Notes: generated from the sequence alone by a model not told the origin. A DNA stretch of 64,000 nucleotides from Comamonadaceae bacterium (GCA_038145425.1 JAYQPP010000015.1:2471-66470); one strand, 5' to 3'. Shown: positions 22,201 to 30,562, numbered from the stretch's first letter. A program made the numbers and translations.

Positions 22201-22208
22201 ATCGCCTC

Positions 22209-22214
22209 TATAAT
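22209..22214 (+). promoter_or_regulatory. Candidate sigma70 -10 box (TATAAT) for tRNA-Lys
   Basis: Perfect TATAAT 33 nt upstream of the tRNA. No matching -35 at 17 bp. Small GGTGC-CAAA-GCACC hairpin at 22231-22244. Confidence 0.45.
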
Positions 22215-22247
22215 TGAGGGCTTGGAAGACGGTGCCAAAGCACCTGA

Positions 22248-22323
22248 GGGATGTTAGCTCAGTCGGTAGAGCAGCGGACTTTTAATCCGTTGGTCGGGAG
22301 TTCGAGCCTCCCACATCCTACCA
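22248..22323 (+). tRNA. tRNA-Lys (UUU)
   Basis: 76-nt cloverleaf: acceptor GGGATGT/ACATCCT, D-arm GCTC/GAGC, anticodon arm GCGGA-CTTTTAA-TCCGT, T-arm GGGAG-TTCGAGC-CTCCC, encoded CCA. Confidence 0.97.
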
Positions 22324-22334
22324 ATAAGATCAGG

Positions 22335-22365
22335 GACTTAGGCGCAAAACGCCTAGGTCTTTTTT
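22335..22365 (+). terminator. Rho-independent terminator after tRNA-Lys
   Basis: GACTTAGGCG-CAAAA-CGCCTAGGTC stem (one G-U pair) followed by TTTTTT. Confidence 0.8.
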
Positions 22366-22509
22366 CTTTGGCCCAGGCGCATTGTGCCGATGACCTGGCT
22401 GAGCTTTTTTAGTGTCGTTCGCCCGCCATCTGTAGCGAAGTGCATTGAACACGTTCGCTCTCCACGAGCGAGTTCAAGCGACGCCTCGTCCGTCGTCCTG
22501 CAGGTCTAC

Positions 22510-23619
22510 TCAGAGCTTGACGTGCTCGCACCAGCGGCGCGCCTGCTCCGACAGGCTGAATCCTAGGCCAGGCCGCTCGGGCAACAGCATGCGGCCATCT
22601 TTAATCTCAAGCCGCTCGTTAAAGGCTGGCTCGAGCCACTCGATGTGCTCCACCCAGGCCTCGTGCGGGTAAGCACAAGCCAGGTGGATGTGGATTTCCA
22701 TCACAAAGTGCGGTGCAAGCTTCAGCCGCGCCAAATCCGACAGGGTGGCGATTTTCAGAAACGGCGTGATGCCGCCCACGCGCGGCACGTCGGCCTGCAT
22801 GAAGGTCACCGATTCGTGCTTCACCAGCTCGGCGCACTCGGCCACGCTGCTGAGCATCTCGCCGGTGGCAATCGGTGTGTCCAGGCGCTGGGCCAGGCGC
22901 GCATGGCCCTGGTAGTCGTAAGCATTGAGCGGCTCTTCCAGCCAGGTCAGGGCAAAGGCATCGAGCTGGCGCCCAGCACGCAAAGCCCTTGTGAAGTCCC
23001 ACTGCTGGTTGGCATCGACCATGATGGGCACGCCATCGCCCACATGCTGGCGCACCGCGGCCACGCGCGCAATGTCTTTGGCCAGATCGGGCTGGCCCAC
23101 TTTGAGTTTGATGCCACCCAGGCCGCGCGCCATGGAGCGGTCCACATTGGCCAGCACCTCATCCAGCGACGCTTGCAAATAGCCGCCCGAGGTGTTGTAG
23201 CAAGGCACGTCGTGCCGATAAGCGCCCAGCAAGCGACCAATCGACAGGCCGGCGCGCTTGGCTTTCAAGTCCCACAGCGCCACATCAAACGCGGCAATGG
23301 CTTGCACGGTGACCCCGGTACGCGCCACCGACGCGCCCTGCCAGGCCATTTTTTCCCACAAACGGCCGATGGCGTTGGGGTCTTCGCCAATCAGCTCGGG
23401 GGCGATGTCGCAGGCGTGGGCCCACAACGCGTTGCCGCCCGCGCGCAGCGAGTAGCTGAAACCAAAGCCGGTCTCACCGTGTGTGGTCTCTATCGTGACG
23501 GTCAACAGGTCCACGTGCGACAGCGGCTTTTGCCGGCCGGTCAGCACTTTGGCGTCGCTCACCGCCTGATTTAGCGGCACGCGGCACAGCGCGAGTTCTA
23601 TGTGTTTGATGACGTCCAT
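22510..23619 (-). CDS. L-talarate/galactarate dehydratase (mandelate racemase subgroup, enolase superfamily)
   Basis: VSDAKVLTGRQKP, GFSYSLRAGG, YNTSGG, GIKLKVGQP, MVDANQQWD, WLEEPL, ATGEML, LAPHFVMEIH and WVEHIEWL. Closely matches the TalrD/GalrD pattern. Confidence 0.88.
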   Translation of the reverse strand: MDVIKHIELALCRVPLNQAVSDAKVLTGRQKPLSHVDLLTVTIETTHGETGFGFSYSLRAGGNALWAHACDIAPELIGEDPNAIGRLWEKMAWQGASVARTGVTVQAIAAFDVALWDLKAKRAGLSIGRLLGAYRHDVPCYNTSGGYLQASLDEVLANVDRSMARGLGGIKLKVGQPDLAKDIARVAAVRQHVGDGVPIMVDANQQWDFTRALRAGRQLDAFALTWLEEPLNAYDYQGHARLAQRLDTPIATGEMLSSVAECAELVKHESVTFMQADVPRVGGITPFLKIATLSDLARLKLAPHFVMEIHIHLACAYPHEAWVEHIEWLEPAFNERLEIKDGRMLLPERPGLGFSLSEQARRWCEHVKL

Positions 23620-23654
23620 TCGGATCTAGGTGGCTGTAAGGTCTGGATAAAGGC

Positions 23655-25046
23655 TCAGCGGTCCATTGAGGCCCGTTTGGGGTCGTAGGTCCAGCCCGGG
23701 ATCAGGTAGCGCATGGCTGCCGCGTCGTCACGCGTGCCATCACCCAACTGCTGGTACAGCGCATGGGCGGCTTCGATGCGCGCCATGTCGGGCTCGATGC
23801 CCAGACCCGGTCGCTCGGGCACCTGCACCAGGCCCTGGCGGATGGGCAGCGGCTCGCGCGTCAGGCGCTCCTGGCCTTCTTGCCAGATCCAGTGCGTGTC
23901 GATGGCCGTGATGTTGCCCGGTGCCGCAGCGGCCACATGAGTGAACATGGCCAGTGAGACGTCGAAATGGTTGTTCGAATGCGAACCCCAGGTCAGGCCG
24001 AATTCGTCGCAGATTTGCGCCACGCGCACCGAGCCCTGCATGGTCCAGAAGTGCGGGTCGGCCAGGGGAATGTCCACCGCGTCGAGCTTGATCGAATGGT
24101 TGAGCTGGCGCCAGTCGGTGGCCACCATATTGGTCGCCGTGGGCAGGCCGGTGGCGCGCTTGAATTCGGCCATGATTTCGCGCCCCGAGTAACCCGCTTC
24201 GGGGCCACAGGGGTCTTCGGCATAAGCCAGCACATGGCCCTGGCCTTTGCACAGCGCAATGGCCTCTTGCAGCGACCAGGCGCCGTTGGGGTCGAGCGTC
24301 ACGCGCGCTTGTGGGAACTGCTGCTTGATGGCGGTCACCGCCAGTATTTCCTCTTCGCCGCGCATGACCCCGCCCTTGAGCTTGAAGTCGCTGAAGCCGT
24401 AATGGTCGACAGCGGCCTGGGCCAGGCGCACCAGGGTCTCAGGCGTCATGGCCGCTTCGCGGCGCAAACGGTACCAGTCCGACGCATGGCGTTCACCGGG
24501 CAGATAAGCCAGGTCGGTTTGCTGGCGATCGCCCACGTAAAACAAATACGCCAGCATGCGTACGTCGCTGCGCTGTTGACCCGCACCCAGCAAGGCCGCC
24601 ACCGGCAGGTTCAGATACTGGCCCAGCAAATCGAGCATGGCGGCTTCTACCGCGGTGATCACGTTGTCCATGCGCAAGTTGATCTCGTGCGGCTGCTTGA
24701 GCACCGCGGCTTCGGCCTGCGAGGTCACCTCGTGCACGGTGTTGGCCTGACTGCCGCCCAGGCGTTGGCGCATCGTGCCCAGCACCTGGTTGTAGTGGCC
24801 CACGGCCTGGCCCACCACCAGGTCCTGGCAGCGTTCCAGCGCGCGGCGAATCCCCTCGCCGCCAGGCACTTCGCCCATGCCAGTGCGCCCGGCGCTGTCC
24901 GTCAGCAGCACTAGGTTGCGTGTGAAGTAAGGGCCGTGCGCGCCACACAAATTCAGCAGCATGCTGTCGCGCCCGGCAACCGGGATGACCCGCATGGTGG
25001 TGATGCGTGGCGTGTCGCCATCGGTGGCTGAGGTACATCGGTGCAT
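23655..25046 (-). CDS. gudD: Glucarate dehydratase family protein
   Basis: [61 protein letters not shown] and [12 protein letters not shown] is open to 25061. Confidence 0.92.
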   Translation of the reverse strand: MHRCTSATDGDTPRITTMRVIPVAGRDSMLLNLCGAHGPYFTRNLVLLTDSAGRTGMGEVPGGEGIRRALERCQDLVVGQAVGHYNQVLGTMRQRLGGSQANTVHEVTSQAEAAVLKQPHEINLRMDNVITAVEAAMLDLLGQYLNLPVAALLGAGQQRSDVRMLAYLFYVGDRQQTDLAYLPGERHASDWYRLRREAAMTPETLVRLAQAAVDHYGFSDFKLKGGVMRGEEEILAVTAIKQQFPQARVTLDPNGAWSLQEAIALCKGQGHVLAYAEDPCGPEAGYSGREIMAEFKRATGLPTATNMVATDWRQLNHSIKLDAVDIPLADPHFWTMQGSVRVAQICDEFGLTWGSHSNNHFDVSLAMFTHVAAAAPGNITAIDTHWIWQEGQERLTREPLPIRQGLVQVPERPGLGIEPDMARIEAAHALYQQLGDGTRDDAAAMRYLIPGWTYDPKRASMDR

Positions 25047-25100
25047 GGGGCTCACTTTCAATAATGTGGACTTGAAACTCGAAAGGTCTTATGGCGGTCC

Positions 25101-25140
25101 ATCGTGGGTAACAACCGCAGGTGCTTTGTTACCTGACGAT
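25101..25140. promoter_or_regulatory. Inverted repeat upstream of gudD, candidate operator or leader hairpin
   Basis: ATCGT-G-GGTAACAA-(11 nt)-TTGTTACC-TG-ACGAT, 55-95 bp upstream of the gudD ATG. Confidence 0.5.
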
Positions 25141-25599
25141 CGAATTTCCATCAGGAGCTGTCTGGATCAAAAAACGCTCGAATCATATCGGCGCTTGACC
25201 GCCTTTTAGGAGGCGGCGGGTCCCATTCCTTGAGGGGAGCCATTGGTTTGCCTTGCTGGGTGAGCAGAAGAACTGCACTCCGGCCGCAAGGCCGTGGTTT
25301 CGGGCTCGTATAAAAATCGGGGTCAGATTCCAAATTTTGCTGTTTTTTGCAAAGTGGCTTGACTCAGCGCCCCGGCGAGGAGGGCACATGGCGCATCAAG
25401 GGGCTATAGACCCAACGCGTAACAAGGTAGGCCCGCGAGCGTGCACTGCCGAATTCCATGGCGGACAGACCCACTTTGAAGACATAGCCGAGCGATTGAT
25501 CAACGTCCCCGTGCTAGGTGTATCGTCAACGCCTGTGCCTGTTGCCTGGTGCTCCGAGTTAGCATCCTTAACTTGGAATTCACACTGAAAGCCCCCGCG

Positions 25600-26007
25600 A
25601 TGAATGTTTTGAATTTAGAAACCGCGCAAGCCCTGGTCAAGACATCGATCGATCGCGCGACGAGCCTGTACCAGCGGCCGATCTGCGTCGCCGTCGTAGA
25701 TGCCGCCGGTCTGTTAGTGGCCTTTGCGCGCATGGACGGCGCGCCAGCGCGATCGATTGCTATTGCGCAGGGCAAGGCTTACAGCGCGGTTCGCATGGGA
25801 ACCAGTACGCAGGCTTTTTTGGCGCGTTTGCAGCGCGAGGGCTTGCAAGCGAGTCATTTTTGTGACCCGGCCTTGACGCCTCTGCCGGGCGGAACCCCTC
25901 TGAAGCTTGGCAGTGGCGCTGTGGTCGGCGCGATCGGCATCAGTGGCTTGGCGGCTGAGGAAGACCAGCAACTCAGTGATGGACTGGCGGCAGACTTCGG
26001 CACGTGA
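25600..26007 (+). CDS. GlcG/HbpS (DUF336) heme-binding family protein
   Basis: ICVAVVDAAGLLVAFARMDGA, AQGKAYSA, LPGGTPL and VGAIGISG. Confidence 0.9.
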   Translation: MNVLNLETAQALVKTSIDRATSLYQRPICVAVVDAAGLLVAFARMDGAPARSIAIAQGKAYSAVRMGTSTQAFLARLQREGLQASHFCDPALTPLPGGTPLKLGSGAVVGAIGISGLAAEEDQQLSDGLAADFGT

Positions 26008-26846
26008 AAACTTGCACGTTGCCGGGCGGTGAAAAGGTCGCCGCGCTAGGTCTTGGGACCTGGCAGATGGGCGAGCGCGATCAGGATCGCGCGCAGGAGA
26101 TCAAGGCAATCCGCACTGCGCTCGATCTGGGCATGAGCCTGATCGATACCGCTGAGATGTACGCTGAAGGCGGTGCCGAGCGCGTGATAGGCCAGGCGCT
26201 TGCACAGCAACCCAGCGTCCGTGGCCAGGCTTTTCTGGTGAGCAAGGTGTATCCCCACAACGCATCGCGCAAAGGTGTTGTGGCGGCCTGCGAGCGAAGT
26301 TTGCAGCGATTACAGACCGACCGGATAGACCTGTATTTGCTGCATTGGCGCGGTAACCATCCCTTGCTTGAAACAGTGTCTGGCTTCGAAGACTTGCAGC
26401 GCGCGGGAAAGATCCGGTACTGGGGCGTGAGCAACCTCGATGTCGACGATATGAAGGCTTTGTGGAGCGTTTCTGGCGGACAACATGTGGTGCTGAATCA
26501 AGTGCTTTACAACCTGAGTCGGCGCGGGCCTGAGTGGGATTTGCTGCCTTGGCACCGGGCACATCAGGTGCTCACCATGGCTTATTCGCCGCTGGAGCAA
26601 GCGCGCTTGCTGGCGCACCCTGGATTGAAAAAACTCGCCAAGTCCAATCAGTTGAGTGCGGCGCAGTTGGCGCTGGCCTGGTTGCTGCAGCAACCCGATG
26701 TGATCGCCATTCCAAAGACCTCTGTGGCGGACCGCGTTCGGGAAATCGCCCAGGTTGCAGACCTTCGCCTGGGCCAGGACGTTTTGGATGCGCTCGATGC
26801 CTTGTTTGCGCCACCGACATCGGCAACCCCGCTGGAGATGCTTTAA
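26004..26846 (+). CDS. Aldo/keto reductase
   Basis: LGLGTWQMG, IDTAEMY, LVSKV, SLQRLQTDRIDLYLLHW, GVSNL, AYSPL and AIPKT. Confidence 0.92.
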   Translation: MKTCTLPGGEKVAALGLGTWQMGERDQDRAQEIKAIRTALDLGMSLIDTAEMYAEGGAERVIGQALAQQPSVRGQAFLVSKVYPHNASRKGVVAACERSLQRLQTDRIDLYLLHWRGNHPLLETVSGFEDLQRAGKIRYWGVSNLDVDDMKALWSVSGGQHVVLNQVLYNLSRRGPEWDLLPWHRAHQVLTMAYSPLEQARLLAHPGLKKLAKSNQLSAAQLALAWLLQQPDVIAIPKTSVADRVREIAQVADLRLGQDVLDALDALFAPPTSATPLEML

Positions 26847-26962
26847 GGTGAGGCTAGTGTCGATGGTGGAGGGCAGCGGTTGTGTGCGTGTGGTCGACAA
26901 AGCCAGCACAATCTGGCCCTTCCATGTTTTTGGCATTGGCGTAGGGCGGGGTTGGTTACAGC

Positions 26963-28852
26963 ATGACAAATGAGCAATTGATTTTGGTGGCCATTCTGGC
27001 GGCCACCGTGGCCATGTTTTTGTGGGGCAAGTGGCGCCACGACATGGTGGCTGTGGGCTCCCTGCTGGCTTGTGTCTTGAGCGGCCTGGTGCCGGCTGGC
27101 AGCGCATTTGCTGGCCTGGGACATCCGGCGGTGGTAACGGTCGCTTGCGTACTGGTGCTCAGCCAGGGTTTGCAAAATTCAGGGGCAGTCGATGCACTGA
27201 CCCGTGTGATGTTGCCAACCCAGGCGGGGCGCTTGCTGAGTCTGTCGGTGCTGATGGGCCTGGGCGCATTTTTTTCTGGTTTCATGAACAACGTGGGGGC
27301 CATGGCTTTGCTGATGCCCGTGGCGATCAACGTCTCCCAACGCCTGGACCTGTCGCCCGGGCAGGTGCTGATGCCGCTGGCGTTTGCCACGATTCTGGGT
27401 GGCATGACAACCCTGATCGGCACGCCGCCCAACCTGATCGTGTCGGGTTTTCGCGCGCAGATAGGGCAGGGTAGTTTTTCCATGTTCGACTTCAGTCCGG
27501 TCGGCCTGGCCGTGGCTGTCGGCGGCGTGCTGTTTGTGGCGTTTCTTGGGTGGCGCCTGGTTCCCAAGCGTCAGCAGTCGGGTGTCGAAGGCTTTGAGTC
27601 CGGCGCTTACATCACCGAGGTTCGCGTGCACAAGGGCAGCAAGGCTGACGGTGCGACGCTGCGCGAGATTGAGGCTGACCTTGAAAACCTCGACGTGCAA
27701 ATCATTGGCATTGTTCAGCGCGAGGTGCGCATCATTGCGGCCAACCCAGGACGCAAAGTACACGCTGGCGATATTTTGATGATAGAAGCTGAGGCCGGGT
27801 CGCTGAGCGATCTGTTGTCGATTCTGGGACTCAAGCTCGAGGAGTCGGTTACGCCTGAGGAGGCCGCTGAGGAAGAAGCCCCAAAGGATCAAATGGCCGA
27901 CGATGGCGCCAAAAAAAGCAAACAGCCAGCGCAATCGGCTGAACAGGCAGCGACAGAGGACGCCAAGGGCGAAGCCAGTGTGGTCAGCAAGGCTGGCGAC
28001 GCTGAACTGGTTGAGTTGGTGGTCTTGCCAGGATCGATGCTGGCTGGCCGCTCTGCGCGGGACATCTTGCTGCGAACGCGATACGGCATCAACTTGCTGG
28101 CAATCTCGCGCGAGGGCAAGCGTTCGATGAAGCGTTTGCGCTCTGTGGCTTTGCAGTCGGGCGATTTGCTGTTGATGCAAGGCCCGCCTGAATCGATCAA
28201 TGAGTTTGCTGCCGACAACGCCTGTGTCCCCCTGGCGCAGCGCGAGCTACGCATTCCCGACAAAAAGAAGATATGGCAGGCCAGCGCGATCATGCTGATG
28301 GCTGTCGTGGCGGCCGCTTTCGGCCTGATACCGGCGGCGATTTCGTTCGGGCTGGGTGTGCTGTTGTCGATGGTGTTTCGCACCGTCCCGCCGCGCCAGG
28401 TTTATGAATCCATCGACTGGTCGGTGGTCATCTTGCTTGGCGCATTGATCCCGGTGGCCGGCGCGATGGAGTCCACCGGTACGGCGCAAGTGATGGCGCA
28501 GTGGATGATTGAGAACATTGCACAGGGACACGCTGTGTGGGGCCTGGCGATGATTCTGGTGGTAACCATGTTTTTGTCAGACATGATGAACAATGCCGCG
28601 ACAGCGGCCGTGATGTGCCCGATTGCGATTGGCACGGCCACGGCGCTCCAGGTCAACCCCGACGCGTTTCTGATGGCAGTGGCCATCGGTGCGTCCTGTG
28701 CGTTTTTGACGCCGATCGGGCATCAGAACAACACCTTGATCCTGGGTCCGGGTGGTTTTCGCTTCGGTGATTATTGGAAGCTCGGTGTGCCGCTGGAAAT
28801 TCTGGTGGTGATCATCGCCTTGCCCTTGCTGCTGGTGGTCTGGCCACTGTGA
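26963..28852 (+). CDS. SLC13/DASS family permease with two TrkA-C domains
   Basis: FMNNVGAMA, GGMTTLIGTPPNL, two RCK-C-like segments, MMNNAATA, FLTPIGHQNN and YWKLG-type C-terminus. Confidence 0.9.
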   Translation: MTNEQLILVAILAATVAMFLWGKWRHDMVAVGSLLACVLSGLVPAGSAFAGLGHPAVVTVACVLVLSQGLQNSGAVDALTRVMLPTQAGRLLSLSVLMGLGAFFSGFMNNVGAMALLMPVAINVSQRLDLSPGQVLMPLAFATILGGMTTLIGTPPNLIVSGFRAQIGQGSFSMFDFSPVGLAVAVGGVLFVAFLGWRLVPKRQQSGVEGFESGAYITEVRVHKGSKADGATLREIEADLENLDVQIIGIVQREVRIIAANPGRKVHAGDILMIEAEAGSLSDLLSILGLKLEESVTPEEAAEEEAPKDQMADDGAKKSKQPAQSAEQAATEDAKGEASVVSKAGDAELVELVVLPGSMLAGRSARDILLRTRYGINLLAISREGKRSMKRLRSVALQSGDLLLMQGPPESINEFAADNACVPLAQRELRIPDKKKIWQASAIMLMAVVAAAFGLIPAAISFGLGVLLSMVFRTVPPRQVYESIDWSVVILLGALIPVAGAMESTGTAQVMAQWMIENIAQGHAVWGLAMILVVTMFLSDMMNNAATAAVMCPIAIGTATALQVNPDAFLMAVAIGASCAFLTPIGHQNNTLILGPGGFRFGDYWKLGVPLEILVVIIALPLLLVVWPL

Positions 28853-28876
28853 CGTGGTGCACAACATTTCGTACTG

Positions 28877-29404
28877 ATGCGGATCACAAACCTTACCGCC
28901 TCTGATGCATGGGCTTACAAAGCCTTGATGCTCGAGGCCTACAGCCAGTCGCCTGACGCTTTCACCTTATCGCTGGAGGAGGCGCTCGCTTGGTCGGATG
29001 ACCGGTGGCATGAGCGCGCGGGTGGGGCGAGCGGCCAGGCCGTCACCCTCGGGGGCTTTGCTGAGGACGCCCTGGTTGGCTCTGCCCGGCTGGAGTTCGA
29101 TGTCCGGCTCAAGGCGCGCCATAAGGCCCATCTTACGGCTGTGTACGTTCAGCCTGGATGGCGGGGGCGCGGCCTTGGGCGAACACTCGTCACCGAAGCC
29201 CTGCGCCAGGCGCAGCACCGCACGGGCATTGTGCTGGTGAACTTGTCGGTCACTGAGGGTAATCTGGCCGCGCAGGCCTTGTATGGGGCGCTCGGTTTCG
29301 AGGTCTACGCAAAAGAGCCGATGGCCATTCGTGGCAACGGCGCTTACCTGACGAAGATCCTGATGCTAAAAATGTTGCGACCGGCCGCTGAGCGCCCGAC
29401 TTGA
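28877..29404 (+). CDS. GNAT family N-acetyltransferase
   Basis: EAYSQSPDAF, AVYVQPGWRGRGLGRTL and VTEGNLAAQALYGALGF. Confidence 0.88.
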   Translation: MRITNLTASDAWAYKALMLEAYSQSPDAFTLSLEEALAWSDDRWHERAGGASGQAVTLGGFAEDALVGSARLEFDVRLKARHKAHLTAVYVQPGWRGRGLGRTLVTEALRQAQHRTGIVLVNLSVTEGNLAAQALYGALGFEVYAKEPMAIRGNGAYLTKILMLKMLRPAAERPT

Positions 29405-29452
29405 CGCCAAATCAGACCATGTTGTTGCATAGCCTGGCCCTGCTCGTTTTGC

Positions 29453-30562
29453 TTAGGCGTACCACTCGGGCGATTGCGTATTGAGCAAAGGAAAAGCGCT
29501 CATAACATGAGGTAAAACCGTCGGCGGTGCGCTTTGGAGCAGCGCAGGGTCCGCCTCCGACCAGCTCTTGATGCCCAGCAAGCTCATGGACTGGCGCACC
29601 TCGTTTTCCAGCAGCTCCAGCATACGCGTCACGCCTGCTTCGCCGCCTGCTGCGAGTGCCCAGCACTGCATGCGGCCCAGCCCGATGACGTCGGCGCCCA
29701 TGAGCTTGGCCTTGACAATGTCGCTGCCGCGGCAAAAGCCACCGTCAATCCAGACAGGCACCCGCCCTTGAACGACCTTCATGATTTCTGGCAGCGCATG
29801 CAGGCTGCCCATGCCGTGGTCAAGCTGCCGCCCGCCATGGTTGGAGACGTAAATCAGATCGACACCGTGGTCCAGGGCGAGTTGCGCGTCCTCAGCCGTC
29901 ATGACGCCCTTGAGCCCGAGGGGAATGCGCAGGCGTTTTTTCAGCCGATCGACATCCGCCCAAGTCACGCGCCCCTGGTGCACGCGTCCCGGTACGCCAA
30001 CACGACGTCTGTTGCCTTTGGCGATGTCACGCTCGCGCAGACTGTACACCGCTGAGTCGACCGTCAGGACTAAGCCCAGATAGCCCTGCGCCTGCACCCG
30101 GTCTGCAATTTCATCGACCCAGGCGGGGTCGCCATGAACGTAGAGCTGGAACCAGCGTGTCGGACCAGGTGCGGCCGCAGCCAGCGCTTCCAGACCGGGC
30201 TGACACACCGAGCTGAGCATGCTAAAGCAGCCAAACCGTTGTGCAGCCACGGCCGATGGAGTGGCCGCGCCCTCGGCAAACTGCTCTAGGCCGCCTACAG
30301 GTGCCATGCAAACTGGCAGGCGCAGCTTGTGGCCAAAGCTTTCACTGGCCGGGCTGCAAGCGCTGATATCGCGCAAGATCCGCGGTCGAAACGCGACAGT
30401 GTCCAATGCCAGACGGTTACGCTGCAGGGTCGTTTCGGTTTCGCTGCCGCCGATGATGTAGTCCCAGGCATCGCGATTAATCTTTTGCTGCGCTTTGCGC
30501 ACCATTTGATGCAGGGTCGGCCAGTCGGGCTGGTTGGCGTTGGCGGGGGCGTTGTTGGACAT
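29453..30562 (-). CDS. FMN-dependent alpha-hydroxy acid oxidase/dehydrogenase
   Basis: WDYIIGGSE, FRPRILRD, WFQLY, LTVDS, LKGV, VSNHGGRQLD and DGGFCRGSD. Confidence 0.92.
   Translation of the reverse strand: MSNNAPANANQPDWPTLHQMVRKAQQKINRDAWDYIIGGSETETTLQRNRLALDTVAFRPRILRDISACSPASESFGHKLRLPVCMAPVGGLEQFAEGAATPSAVAAQRFGCFSMLSSVCQPGLEALAAAAPGPTRWFQLYVHGDPAWVDEIADRVQAQGYLGLVLTVDSAVYSLRERDIAKGNRRRVGVPGRVHQGRVTWADVDRLKKRLRIPLGLKGVMTAEDAQLALDHGVDLIYVSNHGGRQLDHGMGSLHALPEIMKVVQGRVPVWIDGGFCRGSDIVKAKLMGADVIGLGRMQCWALAAGGEAGVTRMLELLENEVRQSMSLLGIKSWSEADPALLQSAPPTVLPHVMSAFPLLNTQSPEWYA

Noticed and set aside
22435-22477. Overlapping hairpins (AGCGAA/TTCGCT; TTGAAC..TCGCTC/GAGCGA..GTTCAA) after the talarate dehydratase
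   Set aside because: The stems are short with no U-tract and are plausibly just part of a terminator region.
22645-24914. Long + strand ORFs (309 aa, 315 aa) opposite the dehydratases
   Set aside because: These are antisense shadow ORFs typical of high-GC3 genes, with no motifs. The same applies to 1037-2212, 7536-8597, 43712-44671, 53505-54518 and 60716-61810.
25281-25291. CGGCCGCAAGG as a 16S rRNA fragment
   Set aside because: It is an 11-nt match only, and the flanks are unrelated to rRNA.
25521-25542. Triple GCCTG(T) direct repeat upstream of glcG
   Set aside because: The units are too short (5-6 nt) and irregularly spaced to support a call.
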